This document shows positions 22,892 through 33,714 of a stretch of DNA of 64,000 nucleotides, one piece after another. The stretch covers positions 13,182,957 to 13,246,956 of the forward strand of contig NC_134030.1 of the NCBI RefSeq assembly GCF_964204645.1, given 5' to 3'. The notes beneath the pieces are model-generated. The model worked only from the letters and a program-made list of their open reading frames with translations, searched no databases and was not told the DNA's origin. Each line of letters begins with the position of its first letter. Within the stretch, counting starts at the first letter, position 1. A program made the translations under genes and the position numbers. Source of the DNA: Tubulanus polymorphus. Lineage: Eukaryota > Animalia > Nemertea.

Positions 22892-23166
22892 ATTCAACTA
22901 GCTTGTTAATCTAGTTGAATTCTAGTTGAATTCTAGTTATTGGTAGTTGGAACAAAAATCAACTAGATTTAACAATATTTTAACTAGCTTGTTAATCTAG
23001 TTTAATTCTAGTTACATTCTAGTTGAATTCTAGTTGTTAGTAGTTGGAACAAGAATCAACTAGATTTAACAAAGATAAACAAAAACAACAATATTTCAAC
23101 TAACTTGTTAATCTAGTTGAATTCTAATTACATTCTAGTTAAATTATAGTTGCAACATTACAACTA
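22892..23166. repeat. Intergenic array of palindromic AACTAG/CTAGTT repeats (about three higher-order units)
   Basis: CAACTAGCTTGTTAATCTAGTTG followed by 11-bp TTCTAGTTGAA subunits, repeated near 22895, 22982 and 23097. Confidence 0.85.
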
Positions 23167-23183
23167 ATTTTTTTGTTATATAA

Positions 23184-23877
23184 ATGGGAGGTGAAAAGAA
23201 AATAAAATCTAAAAATGGTGATGTTCCAATTGAAAAAACTTTAGATGATTTAGGAATAACAGAAAACAAATTAATTCCAGATGATGGTGCTTTAAATAAT
23301 GTTACAACAAATAATAATTATGAATATTATCTTTATTGTAAACATCAATTAGAAATATTAATAGCATCTGGAAAATGTAAAAATTTTATCGGTAAAAATT
23401 TAACTTATAATGAATTAGATACAATGAAATCAGATGAAATTATTAGATTATTTAAGATTTATGAAGCCGCGAGAACAGCTAGAATTAATGACGCGATATC
23501 AGGAAGTGTAGTAAAAGGTTATAGTAAATTATGTAATTATATGCTGCCAATTGAAGATGAAAATAGATTATAATCCGATTTAAAAAATGATTATTTAGTA
23601 ATTAGGAATTAAATCACAAGAATATAAAAAAGCTGTAAAAGAAAAAATAAGTAATAAAAATGGTGAAAATATTGTTATTTCTACTCCTTCTAATAATAGA
23701 ATATTTGATAAATGTCTATATTTTACAGTTGGATTTGTAATTGTATTCATTTTGATTGGGTGTAATTGGTATAAGAAATCAAATAAAATTCATGATATTT
23801 ATAATTCTGAAACAACTGCTATCAAAAATGAAAATACTTCTGAAATTCCAAAATTGATAATAAAAAAATGGATTAAT
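23184..23877 (+). pseudogene. Polinton hypothetical protein (129-aa ORF plus a disrupted tail with a TM segment)
   Basis: TAAATG start; a downstream frame contains CLYFTVGFVIVFILIGC. Confidence 0.55.
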
Positions 23878-23960
23878 ATTTTAGAAAAAAAGGAAAAAAA
23901 ATAATTGAATATCTCACTACTTTTGTCTGTCTATGCGGAGCAATTAAATTGTCCAGATAA

Positions 23961-24908
23961 GTCATTTCGGATTCTAGATATTCATTATTTTTATTAATTT
24001 ATCTTGTTTTTTTAATTTGAAGTTTTTACTTGAACATTGTATTACAGTCGTTTCTTATTATTAGTTTTTTTTAAATTGAAAGATGGCAGCACTGGGTGTG
24101 ATGCTAAAATGAATATTTGAATTTGAATTTGAATTTGTTAACCAATTAACATGGTAATTGATTACTAATTTGATTAAAAATTATATCATAATTAAGTTAA
24201 AAATCCATAATTCATTTATCAGTTTTCATTCCTATATTCTTTTCATTCGGAATAATTTATAATTTCAAATTTCACATATTTTTTTAGCACCAACAACATT
24301 CACTTAGGTGTTTTAGCTAAGTATTTAAGGCAATTCATTCGACCACTGGAGTGCCGCCGGGCTTGGCTTGCAGGGGCATTTCGAAAATGCACCTTTGTCC
24401 ACCCTCCGTGGTTCTCCTTCAGTTTCGACTTTCGATCCTCCTTTCGGGGGTAAGGGGTTGATAGGAAATGCATTAGGCGCCTTTAATATAATGTGTTTCC
24501 TGTCAACCATTGAAGGAGAATTGGTGAGGTGTAGGTCACAGGGGTGTAATTAGAAATGCTTGGGGATAGGTATCTCGTGGCGCCTCTCTATAACGGGATG
24601 CTTATCCCCTAAAAACTCTGTGAGTCAAGTCGGGTGGTTTTGCTAAAACTTACCGTAAAAACATTGAAATATTCCTTTTAATCACGAGAGAGAATGTATC
24701 CTCCTGTCTTGTGTGTGTTGTATGTACTGCGTGCTTATTATATTACTGCTATAACAACAACGTTGAATTGCAACACCTGTTTGATCGATCAATATTCAAA
24801 TCAAGCACTCTCTTATAATAACATGTAACAGATGTTTGACCGTATGATTGTAGTTGTTTGTAAAACGACTAAGGTCATTTTGGATTCTAGATATTCATTA
24901 TTTTTATT
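23961..24908. other. Cassette bounded by 35-bp direct repeats
   Basis: GTCATTTYGGATTCTAGATATTCATTATTTTTATT at 23961-23995 and 24874-24908 (one mismatch). Confidence 0.85.
24310..24650 (+). ncRNA. Putative structured RNA of unknown family with two GGCGCC-loop hairpins
   Basis: Nested stems read by eye: 24310-17/24642-49; 24336-43/24629-36; 24412-23/24509-20; 24456-75/24489-508; 24536-43/24616-23; 24562-78/24593-609. Non-Watson-Crick pairs are G-U on the plus strand. Confidence 0.6.
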
Positions 24909-24914
24909 TTTCAT

Positions 24915-25241
24915 TTAATCAACTATTTCTAAATCATGATGACCGTCTTCATTTTTCCCATGGTAGATTATTTTAAATCCTTCTAAATCTTTTAATTCCT
25001 CTGTACTCAATGAAACCCATTTTTCGGGTAAAAATACTTTAAATTCTCGCGATGTACTAACATTACAGTAGCTTAAATTCGCTGATACTTTCTCTCCATA
25101 TTTAGTTTTTATCTTTTCTAATTTCAATATTTTATGTTCAATTTCTTTTGTAACATCAACTAACTTTTTTAATTTCAAATTGTTTTTTGCTGGTTTAATT
25201 CTGTTATTTATTGTTGCTAAGAATGCTTTTCTATCTCCCAT
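24915..25241 (-). CDS. Polinton right-end protein (108 aa), possibly an OB-fold ssDNA-binding protein
   Basis: Start codon lies in the right TIR; beta-rich KTKYGEKV...FKVFLP...IIYHG pattern. The function is inference only. Confidence 0.6.
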   Translation of the reverse strand: MGDRKAFLATINNRIKPAKNNLKLKKLVDVTKEIEHKILKLEKIKTKYGEKVSANLSYCNVSTSREFKVFLPEKWVSLSTEELKDLEGFKIIYHGKNEDGHHDLEIVD

Positions 25242-25326
25242 TTATTAGGAAAAAAAATTACTTGTGGTGATGAGTGGTGTCTCGTCCTCTCGTCCTCTGG
25301 TACGAAACCCACATCTTCCTATTACT
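25237..25326 (-). repeat. Right TIR of the Polinton
   Basis: Ends ...CACATCTTCCTATTACT, followed by the TSD CGTCCC. Confidence 0.95.
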
Positions 25327-26575
25327 CGTCCCGTGACTTTTCGATACGGAGTATCCCCGGGGATACCATTTATAACTATGAAATTCTGCGTTGTCGGAAA
25401 TTCCGCGGGCAACACCGCCAGCAAAGCACATTTTCTGAGAATAAATGATTTAGTGAAACATGTGCCTAGTATCAAAAGACAACAAACATTTTGCACAATT
25501 CGTTCTTTATCTAACCAGAGGCCTTTAACTTAAAAAAACAAATTTCACCATAGGTAGTTTGCGTGTTATTCACCCTTTGCATGATATGAATCGCAAAACT
25601 GAGTACACATATCATATACAATTTGCCATCCGGTAAAACTATACTTCGGCCACCAGAAGACTGTTTAGTGACAGAATCAAACGATGATGGCTTACCTGCA
25701 AACACGGTTTGTATCGTCAAAATGCATAACAAAACAATCAACGGTTTTCCCATCTGCAATTAGAAAAGTATTTGTTCCATATTAACATATGACTAGTATA
25801 CCTTCGGGTTAAGCGAGTCCATAGGCCAAATTTAAAGCAGCTACAGCGTCCATCAATATACGGAAACATTTTTATTTGCCCGACTACAACATATTCTTAG
25901 CCCAAAAAACGGCGTAACAAAGATTTGTTCATATTGAGATCTAATTTTTATTTGGTATCATTGAAACTTATAGAATATGGCGGCGTAGACACACGCACAT
26001 TTCCAAAGCTCAGCTTAAAAGTTTATTTAAGGTGGTTCGGTGAAGGTTTTTTGTGGACTTTTCCGTCATATCGCGGCTTTGGTATGGTAGACGTGCACTA
26101 TGGTTGGTGGAAACGGTAAAAAGAAACGTAATAAGTATCGATCTGATGTAAATGCTGTAAAACGTCGTGATCAGAATAAGACACCTAACAAGAATCTGGT
26201 ATGTACTAGTGACATAGATGACCGTTCATCCGAAATGAATGATCACAGTGATAATTCTAGTATGGACAGCGGAAATGACGGCACTGCGAGTCTCGGGGAT
26301 ATTGTTACTATGTTGGGCGGCATGAGAAAGAAATTAAATCGGCTGGAACCAATCGAATAGGCAATTAATTGAAAATCAGTGTAAAAGATATCACAAACTG
26401 TCGACGCATAACCTAATTACGAATGAAAAAATCGGTACATTCACCGGCGAAGTTGGCTGTTTACGCCAGGTAAACATGAAGTTAAGCAACACCGTGCTTG
26501 ACTTTCAATCGCGTTCTATAAGGGATCATCTCTTCTTTTTCGGCGTGCAAGAAGAAAAAGATGAAATCGTGGCAG

Positions 26576-29500
26576 AACGCAGTCTCAAATGTTTTGTGAT
26601 TTTCTCAAAATGTATCAAAAATTTAAGTAATTTTTAGTTCATAAGTCTTCAAATATTCATAAATGAACAGTTAAAAATTGTTGAAACATGTCGACTCAGC
26701 CGTAAAATTAACCCATTCACAGTCCCGAATGTGGGATAATGTCGGGCTTTAGAGAACATAATGCCCCCGAGGTCTTCACATTTACAGATAAGATTATATA
26801 AGCGTGTCGCGCGTTACACCGGATAGGCACACAATAGAAATATGAGCCGCACTTTCATTGATCATCACCAATTAAGAGGACCGCTATTGTGAAAATTGAC
26901 TGCGGGAGGAATATTCCTCCCAAAGTCAATCGATGGAAACTTGACCAAGGGGTCTGATATTCAAACAATTGACTTTGGGAGGAATATTCCCCCCACGGTC
27001 AAACGAAGAGAATTTGACCTTCAGTTCTGATATTCAAAGTATCGAATATTCCTCCGACTGTCAAACGAAAGAAAATGGACCTAGGTCTGATATTCGAAAT
27101 ATTGACTTTGGGATGAATATTCGTCCAAACCTCTAACGCTAAAAACCTGAGCTTTTAGAATGATAGGTCAACATAAATGATATTGATGTAATTGTTTTTA
27201 ATAAATAGTATACTATAGAGACGAAACCAGACATATTTAGGCAATTTGATTGTTAATATACACTGTATTTGAGGGTCTGCGACAAATAATTTTAGAAAGT
27301 TAAATAGCTGTAGTACAGGTTCTAATAACGAGCCTAATACCAGACCTGAGTCAAATTAAGCCGAGTCATATTAGAGCGTGTTAATTTAAACTGGTTCTGG
27401 AAGTCAGTCCCTTCGCTTAGCATAAGTAAGGACTCGTTTTAGAGTCTCTTCAAGCATTGTTTAGTATCGAATGAATGGGTTTGCATTTGAATTTGAAATA
27501 AATTTGAACATGAAAATCAGCGCGCTCTTTGGTAAGCCATGAAAACAATTAAAGTCGGACCCTGATTCGAGCCAATTTGTTTGCAAATTAGCCATTGTCC
27601 TAGTTTTAACTTCTGATTTGTATCCTGTATAGGCCGGTTCATATTTCTGTTTGTACTCTTTCATAGAAATTCGACAGATATCAAATGGCATCTTAGATTA
27701 CAGACACTGTTGACCGGTACACACCAATATGTCCATCCATCCGACATACGAGCAATTATCTCATTAATGAAATAATTACTCGTAGATCCGACAGCTACGT
27801 TTTACAACTAGAAATGCATAAAATCAGATTCCTAATGATATTACATGTATTACTATTAAGAATAAGCTATTAATTATGAATAAATTCAAAAAGAATTGAG
27901 AAAATATCTTGCTTTGAATGGCTTTTAATTAAATATTGGAAAGGGCGATTTTGAAGGGGGAATTTTATCTGCGGTGTCACTGCTAATCGAGTAATCAAGA
28001 AGCACAAACTCCCTAAGGTGATAAAGTGTTTTAAGCAGATCTTTTCAGATTGTGATCCCAATATATGAATTGCACATGGAACTGTTATGTATAAACACCT
28101 CTCACAATTTACGTAATGACTGAGTGGCATCCTGTTGCACAAGCTATATTACACCATGATGAAAAGCCTTTTATAGTTTAGAGTTGGATTTCTCGATGTA
28201 TAAATGCAAGGAGGGTCAGAAGCTTTATGCTCAATAACATTAGGTTCCTTTAAATGTTTGCTATGGATTTCAAAATAAAAGAAAAATCTACGTTTAAATG
28301 AGATATCTGTTTCATTACTCGTGATATATCGAGGAATCTCTGCAATAAAATTTGACGATTTCAAAATTATTACAAAATGAGCAAACTTTGTGATATCTGC
28401 TAACAGTATAAATTCAAGCGTATATGCGGATTTGCGTGATATGTAATAAATATCGTAGCGAATAATCAAAGTGAAAAAAGTATCTACCGTAGCTAGAGAT
28501 GATAATGAGTCCCATATCCAGAATATCTGAACCAAAATATCTCCCTCAAAAAATCTTGAACCATTCAAAAAAACATAGGAATATGGTTGTAGGTAAAAAT
28601 CCCCTAGGTAAATATCCCCTGTGTAAAAACCCAAAATATTCAAAATAGGTAAAAATCCCCACTCGGTGATTTTCAAAGACATTTCAAAGACGTAAAACTC
28701 TTAGCATAAAATAAATTGTTAGAATTGATAAGAATAATACATTTTTATTTGTAATATCTAAAGATTCGAACAGGAGTATTTTTAAACTGCGGACTCTTGT
28801 TAACTGTGGTATATTTCAGCTGTGCGATGCCAAAAATTATTAGAAATAATGTTCTTTTGATTTGAAATATTTTAGATTCAAGCTAGTGTAATATATATGA
28901 AATGTGCGATGAACCCTTTCATTAAGCTGTGCGATCACTTTATTTACCAATTTAGTAGTAATGAACAATGTTAATTTTGTAGTATGTTTTAATTCAAATA
29001 GTATATACTATAGTTTGTATACTCATGATATCATTATGGTATTTCACAGTAAAATATGAATAAATTGGATATATGTATCAATAATATGAATTAATTGACC
29101 TTAAGATTGTATCTACAATCCATTCAAAAGGAGGGGGATTTCTACCTACACTAAAGAATCGGGGATTTTTACCGAGAGGATTTTAACCTAGGGGATTGTT
29201 ACCTAGGGTATTTTTTACCCAGATGATTTTTGCCGCTAACCATAGATGTAGTTTGTAATTTTGAATAATGGTCTTGGCAATGCACTAACTATGAACAATT
29301 TACTTTGTTTTGTTGAATTAACTGCTTGTAATCAATTCACTATAGAACTATGGTGGATCCTAACATTGAGTCTGGCCTGCTATTCTCTTTCCGAAAATTA
29401 TATTGCTAAGATATTCCTAGTCTTCATCATTTAGCATGAACTCTAGATGTTGGGCCTGGATATATTTCGGATTCATTAAATGGTATCACGGGCGTGGAAT

Positions 29501-32500
29501 GTTTGGGCGAAGGTATTATGCTCCAGTTTCACGCGTAAAACAAAAAAAAATATATCCATACATAGGTCATTGCATTATAGAAATTAAACTGTTGACAAGT
29601 TGTAATAAATCTCTATAGATGAAACAATTTTAAAGAAAATGCATTATGTTTGTAGTTTCTATTCAACTACTATTGACTGTGCGCCTCGGGCTCAATCAAC
29701 TCGTCTCCATGATTTCTATCAGACATCATCAGCTGCCATTGAAATATTTGATTAGGCAGTCCTATCAAAAGTAGCGTAAATTGATACATGCGAATAATTG
29801 ATGTTTCCAAAGGGTTTTTGTTACTGGCACGTTTACATGGGAATGGTCGAAATTCCCCGTTAAGAATCCCCCGAGAAATCCCATTGAAGAGGTCATGATT
29901 TGCTGCTGTTGGCCTGTTTTTTCGTTTGTATTGCAAAATTTAGTTCAAACTAACTGGAATCGTTTTGAATTGATTTCTTTGAAAATTTTCAATTTTTCCC
30001 CACATGTCAACAAGTGCCTTTCAAATCAGGATAGATTCCGATTGCGAAATAATGATTGTAGCAATCTTTGTAGTATTATTTATCTATGGTTTGATACGTC
30101 AAGATTTCAGTAAAAAGGGCAACTTTATCGTTTATGTTAGCGAAGCTTGGTATACAAGCAGGCTGACAATAACAAGCCACTGAATTTTATGGGGTTAGTC
30201 TTTGTATAGCTCTTTATCTATAGAAAGTCAGTGATTAAGCCCTAAGTAAATATTGCTCAATTCAAGAGAATTCATTATGATGAGCAATGTACTAGCGATG
30301 ACAGGCCTATGAGGCACCCGTAAATCAAAAATATATTTTGCTGTGCGATGCGAAAATTATTGAAAATAATAAAACTTTTAATTTGAAATCGCTTAAATCA
30401 AAGCTAGAGTAATTAATTTTAACTTCCTAGCGATATATTTGTCCTGTGCGATAACTTTTAGTGTTAATTTAGTATTAATGAAGTATATCAATCTTTGGGT
30501 GAACGGAAAAATGGCCTAGGGAAAAATTGGGAAAATTGCCGCTAAATGAATATTAGAATTTGCTCCTTTTGTAATAACTTTGAATTGTCAAATTCAACTG
30601 GACATTGGTGTATGCTGAATATCACGAACAACGAAACATTTATCCTTAAAAATGTTGATTTTCTTTTTCATCTTTCTTTATTTCAATAATAATCAATCGA
30701 TTTTTAAGTCGAATTAATTACCAGGATAGCGACTTAATGTGTATGTGCTTTTAAGTCAACTAGTAAGTATCCGAACCCATGGTAGTCAATCAAGACAGAT
30801 CTTCGTCTAGAAAAAGTAAGATGCATTCTATCATGGACTCTAAAACGATTTATTCGTTTTAGAGTCCATGATTCTATCCACTAATTTCAATGTAAGGACT
30901 ATATAAGGCTACATGAATCAATACGAAAGCATGTATACCGCAGGTCACTAAATCTTAAGCTTGATTGTGAGAGTTGTTTAAACACAATGGTCACATGAGT
31001 AATTATTGGTTGTGCGACAATGGGAGAAATCTGCCTTAGACATCTCATCCCGATATCCGGAGTCCTGGGCTTAGTAACTTATGTTTAGAATAAATTTTAT
31101 CCGATATTTTTATAACAATGTTTTTCTCTCTCTCCGTAAATTCCGGACGTTTTCTGGGTGCTAACGTTCAGTGGTCAGTAGGCTGGATTGTATTTTCTCT
31201 TATTTCATAAATCACAATGCATATAAACTAAAACTGAACTGAATTGAAACTGAGTTCGGTTAGAGTATAAACCTCCTAATTAACTTTCGGAATTATATAT
31301 AAAAGAGTGAAGAGTGAAACATCAACCCTTATACCGAATACACTTGTATAAATGAGAAAATGCACACTAGGACAATGGCTAATTTGCGACCTTAAAATGA
31401 ATGAAAGACTCGAATTTCTTTTATCACACGCGACACGCGAATCTCCTAATTACTCTAATAATGAGAGAAAACTTCAGACGAATTAAATGTATCAGCTTTA
31501 TAATTGAATGATGATTATGTACGCTTAACTTCAATGATTTGTATCGATCGGTAAATGAAATTTCCATTTAAAGAATGCATTTATCAAATTACGTCCATTG
31601 AAAATGAAATTAGCTAAACTCGAGGCATATCACTATTTAGATTTATCGCAGTTGTCTTTTGAAAATTTATAACCAATCTTTATATAGTCCCCTGTAAAAT
31701 CTAAACTCAATTTCTATATTATACACGTGATTTAATTACGATTTCTCAACTTCGTGTTTATTCTATAATGAGAAGCGCACTGATTAAATCTGATTTCAAC
31801 AGATTGTCGAAAAAGTTACAGCAATTTACTGTTAGAGAAAGAAAATACTAAATCTATTAAGTTTTCTAAAATTATATGTAAGTGTCATACCATCTCATGC
31901 TCTAGGATATTGTGTATCGTAACATTTGAAATTGCTAAATCTACCTGGCTTCATTGGGTACTGTTTTTTAAAAAGAAAAACAAATAACACCCAACGCGCC
32001 ATTACCTATAATTCTATAAGTTCAGGTTATAACGTTAAGAATATTCCTCCCTAAGTCAATACTTTGAATATAAAACCAGAAGGTAAAATTCTCTTCGTTG
32101 GACTTTTGGAGGAATCGTTTGAATATCGGACCCCTTGGTCGAGTTTTCATCGATTGACATTGGGAGGAATGTTCCTCCCGAAGTCGATACTTTGAATATC
32201 AGAACTGAAGGTCAAATTCTCTTCGTTTGACCTTGGGAGGAATATTCCTCCAAAAGTCAATTGTTTGAATATCAGACCCCTTGGTCAAGTTTCCATCGAT
32301 TGACTTTGGGAGGAATATTCCTCCCGCAGTCAATTTTCACAATAGCGGTCCTCTTTATTGGTGATGATCAAATGAACGTGCGGCTCATATTTCTATTGTG
32401 TGCCTATCCGGTGTAACGCGCGACACGCTTACATACTCTTATCTGTAAATGTGAAGACCTCGGGGGCATTATGTTCTCTAAAGCCCGACATTATCCCACA

Positions 32501-32654
32501 TTCGGGACTGTGAATGGGTTAATTTTACGGCTGAGTCGACATGTTTCAACAATTTTTAACTGTTCATTTATGAATATTTGAAGACTTATGAACTAAAAAT
32601 TACTTAAATTTTTGATACATTTTGAGAAAGTCACAAAACATTTGAGACTGCGTT
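26576..32654. mobile_element. Non-autonomous foldback-type DNA transposon with ~570-bp TIRs and a 4-bp TSD (GCAG)
   Basis: Termini AACGCAGTCTCAAATG...CATTTGAGACTGCGTT; GCAG at 26572-75 and 32655-58; TIRs hold ~49-bp tandem units with the palindrome GGGAGGAATATTCCTCCC; removing the element restores the LINE frame. Confidence 0.9.
27583..31395. mobile_element. Nested TIR element (possibly Kolobok-like) inside the foldback element
   Basis: 22-bp inverted repeat GCAAATTAGCCATTGTCCTAGT at 27583-27604 and 31366-31387; the right end is followed by GACC-TTAA; also present in copy 2 (38482 and 42282). Confidence 0.5.
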
Positions 32655-33714
32655 GCAGATAGAATCTACAAAATATTAACGTCGGCGGCTGGAACAGATG
32701 ATGCGCGCGATAGAAAAAAGTTCGTACGTGCACACCGTGTCGGAAAATATAGTGCTTTTAGAACGTTTATCCTGATATGAGACTAACTTTACCTGAACAA
32801 CCGCTTGTTCCAATTCAATGCGAAAGATTCAATGTACCCATGCGGAATTAATAAGACAGAGATGGACAGGCAGATTGTTATCGATCGCGAACAGAGGCAC
32901 AATAGCGATGTCAGTGACGTGAGTGATGCCTTGCGAGAGGCACGTGCCACCCTCGATATGGAATTAGAAAGCGTCGGAAATAATATTACCGCGGAACGAT
33001 TGAAACTCAGTTTCTTGAATATTAAAGGACTATTCAACTATAATTTACGATGACGCGATAAAACCATTCGATGAAGCGATCATACGATCAATGAGCACTG
33101 GGCTTAAGGCAGGGTATTGAATTATTAGAAAATAACCATCCTGATATTTCATGGGGGAAATTATCAAAACAATTCTTCAATTTTGAAAGTTATTTGTTTA
33201 TTTGTTTAGTGTTCGTAGCTTGTGATATTCGTATTCTAAGTTTACGTGTCACCAACAACCAGGTGGCAAAAGTGTGGTCGATTATGTTCTAGCCGATTTT
33301 AACATGATTGATATACTGTCTGACTTTCACGTGTCTGACGAATAACCTTAACAACTGTTAGCCATAATCAGGCGTACTGAGAACAATCGAATCAAATAAC
33401 AGGATCATTTATTCAAGAATATGACAAATGATAATGATTAAAGGATTAAGATTATTGATAATGATGTTTTATTTACGAATTAAATTACAATATAAAGTAG
33501 TAGGAATTAGTACAAAATATTGTAAAATAGGACGTTGGACGACAGGTGAAGTTAAAATAAACTTATTACCTGAGAGGCCCAGTCGCCCACACACTCACAT
33601 TCACGCCCCATTCATACATGCAAGTTACATGACAAAAACATTCAACATAGAAAATATGATAATTCCAGGATATTCAGTATATTAGATTGATCAATTAGAA
33701 GTACATAATTTCAT

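Larger units (their letters stand above)
9236..25326 (+). mobile_element. Full-length endogenous Polinton/Maverick (adintovirus-like) element, 16.1 kb
   Basis: TIRs AGTAATAGGAAGATGTGGGTTTCGTACCAGAGGAC... at both ends; 6-bp TSD CGTCCC at 9230-9235 and 25327-25332; encodes pPolB, integrase, ATPase, major and minor capsid proteins. Confidence 0.97.
26100..33340 (+). mobile_element. Decayed LINE (ORF1 and APE endonuclease start), split by the foldback element
   Basis: ORF1-like QSRSIRDHLLFFGVQEE before 26575 continues as IVADRIYKIL...RAHRVGK after 32658; LSFLNIKGL near 33010 and FTCHQ...SVVDYVL near 33240-33290. Confidence 0.7.

Noticed and set aside
24340-24425. HDV-like ribozyme, or a known host RNA (SRP, 7SK, RNase P/MRP, telomerase, U3), as the identity of the structured region
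   Set aside because: CAC-CCUCC-GUG resembles an HDV P3/L3 but the J1/4 GG and P2 closure are missing. I could not find the conserved boxes or a telomeric template of the other RNAs by eye. An Rfam scan is still needed.
24325-24553. Two 61-aa ORFs on opposite strands
   Set aside because: No TAAATG start and no motif; explained by the GC-richer structured sequence.
26890-27130. CRISPR-like ~49-bp repeats with a palindromic core (also 32040-32340, 37070-37280, 42970-43270)
   Set aside because: They are subterminal tandem units of transposon TIRs, present in inverted orientation at element ends.
27461-30113. Host gene exons or a transposase inside the foldback element
   Set aside because: Frames are not preserved in the second copy and no DDE or other domain is recognisable.
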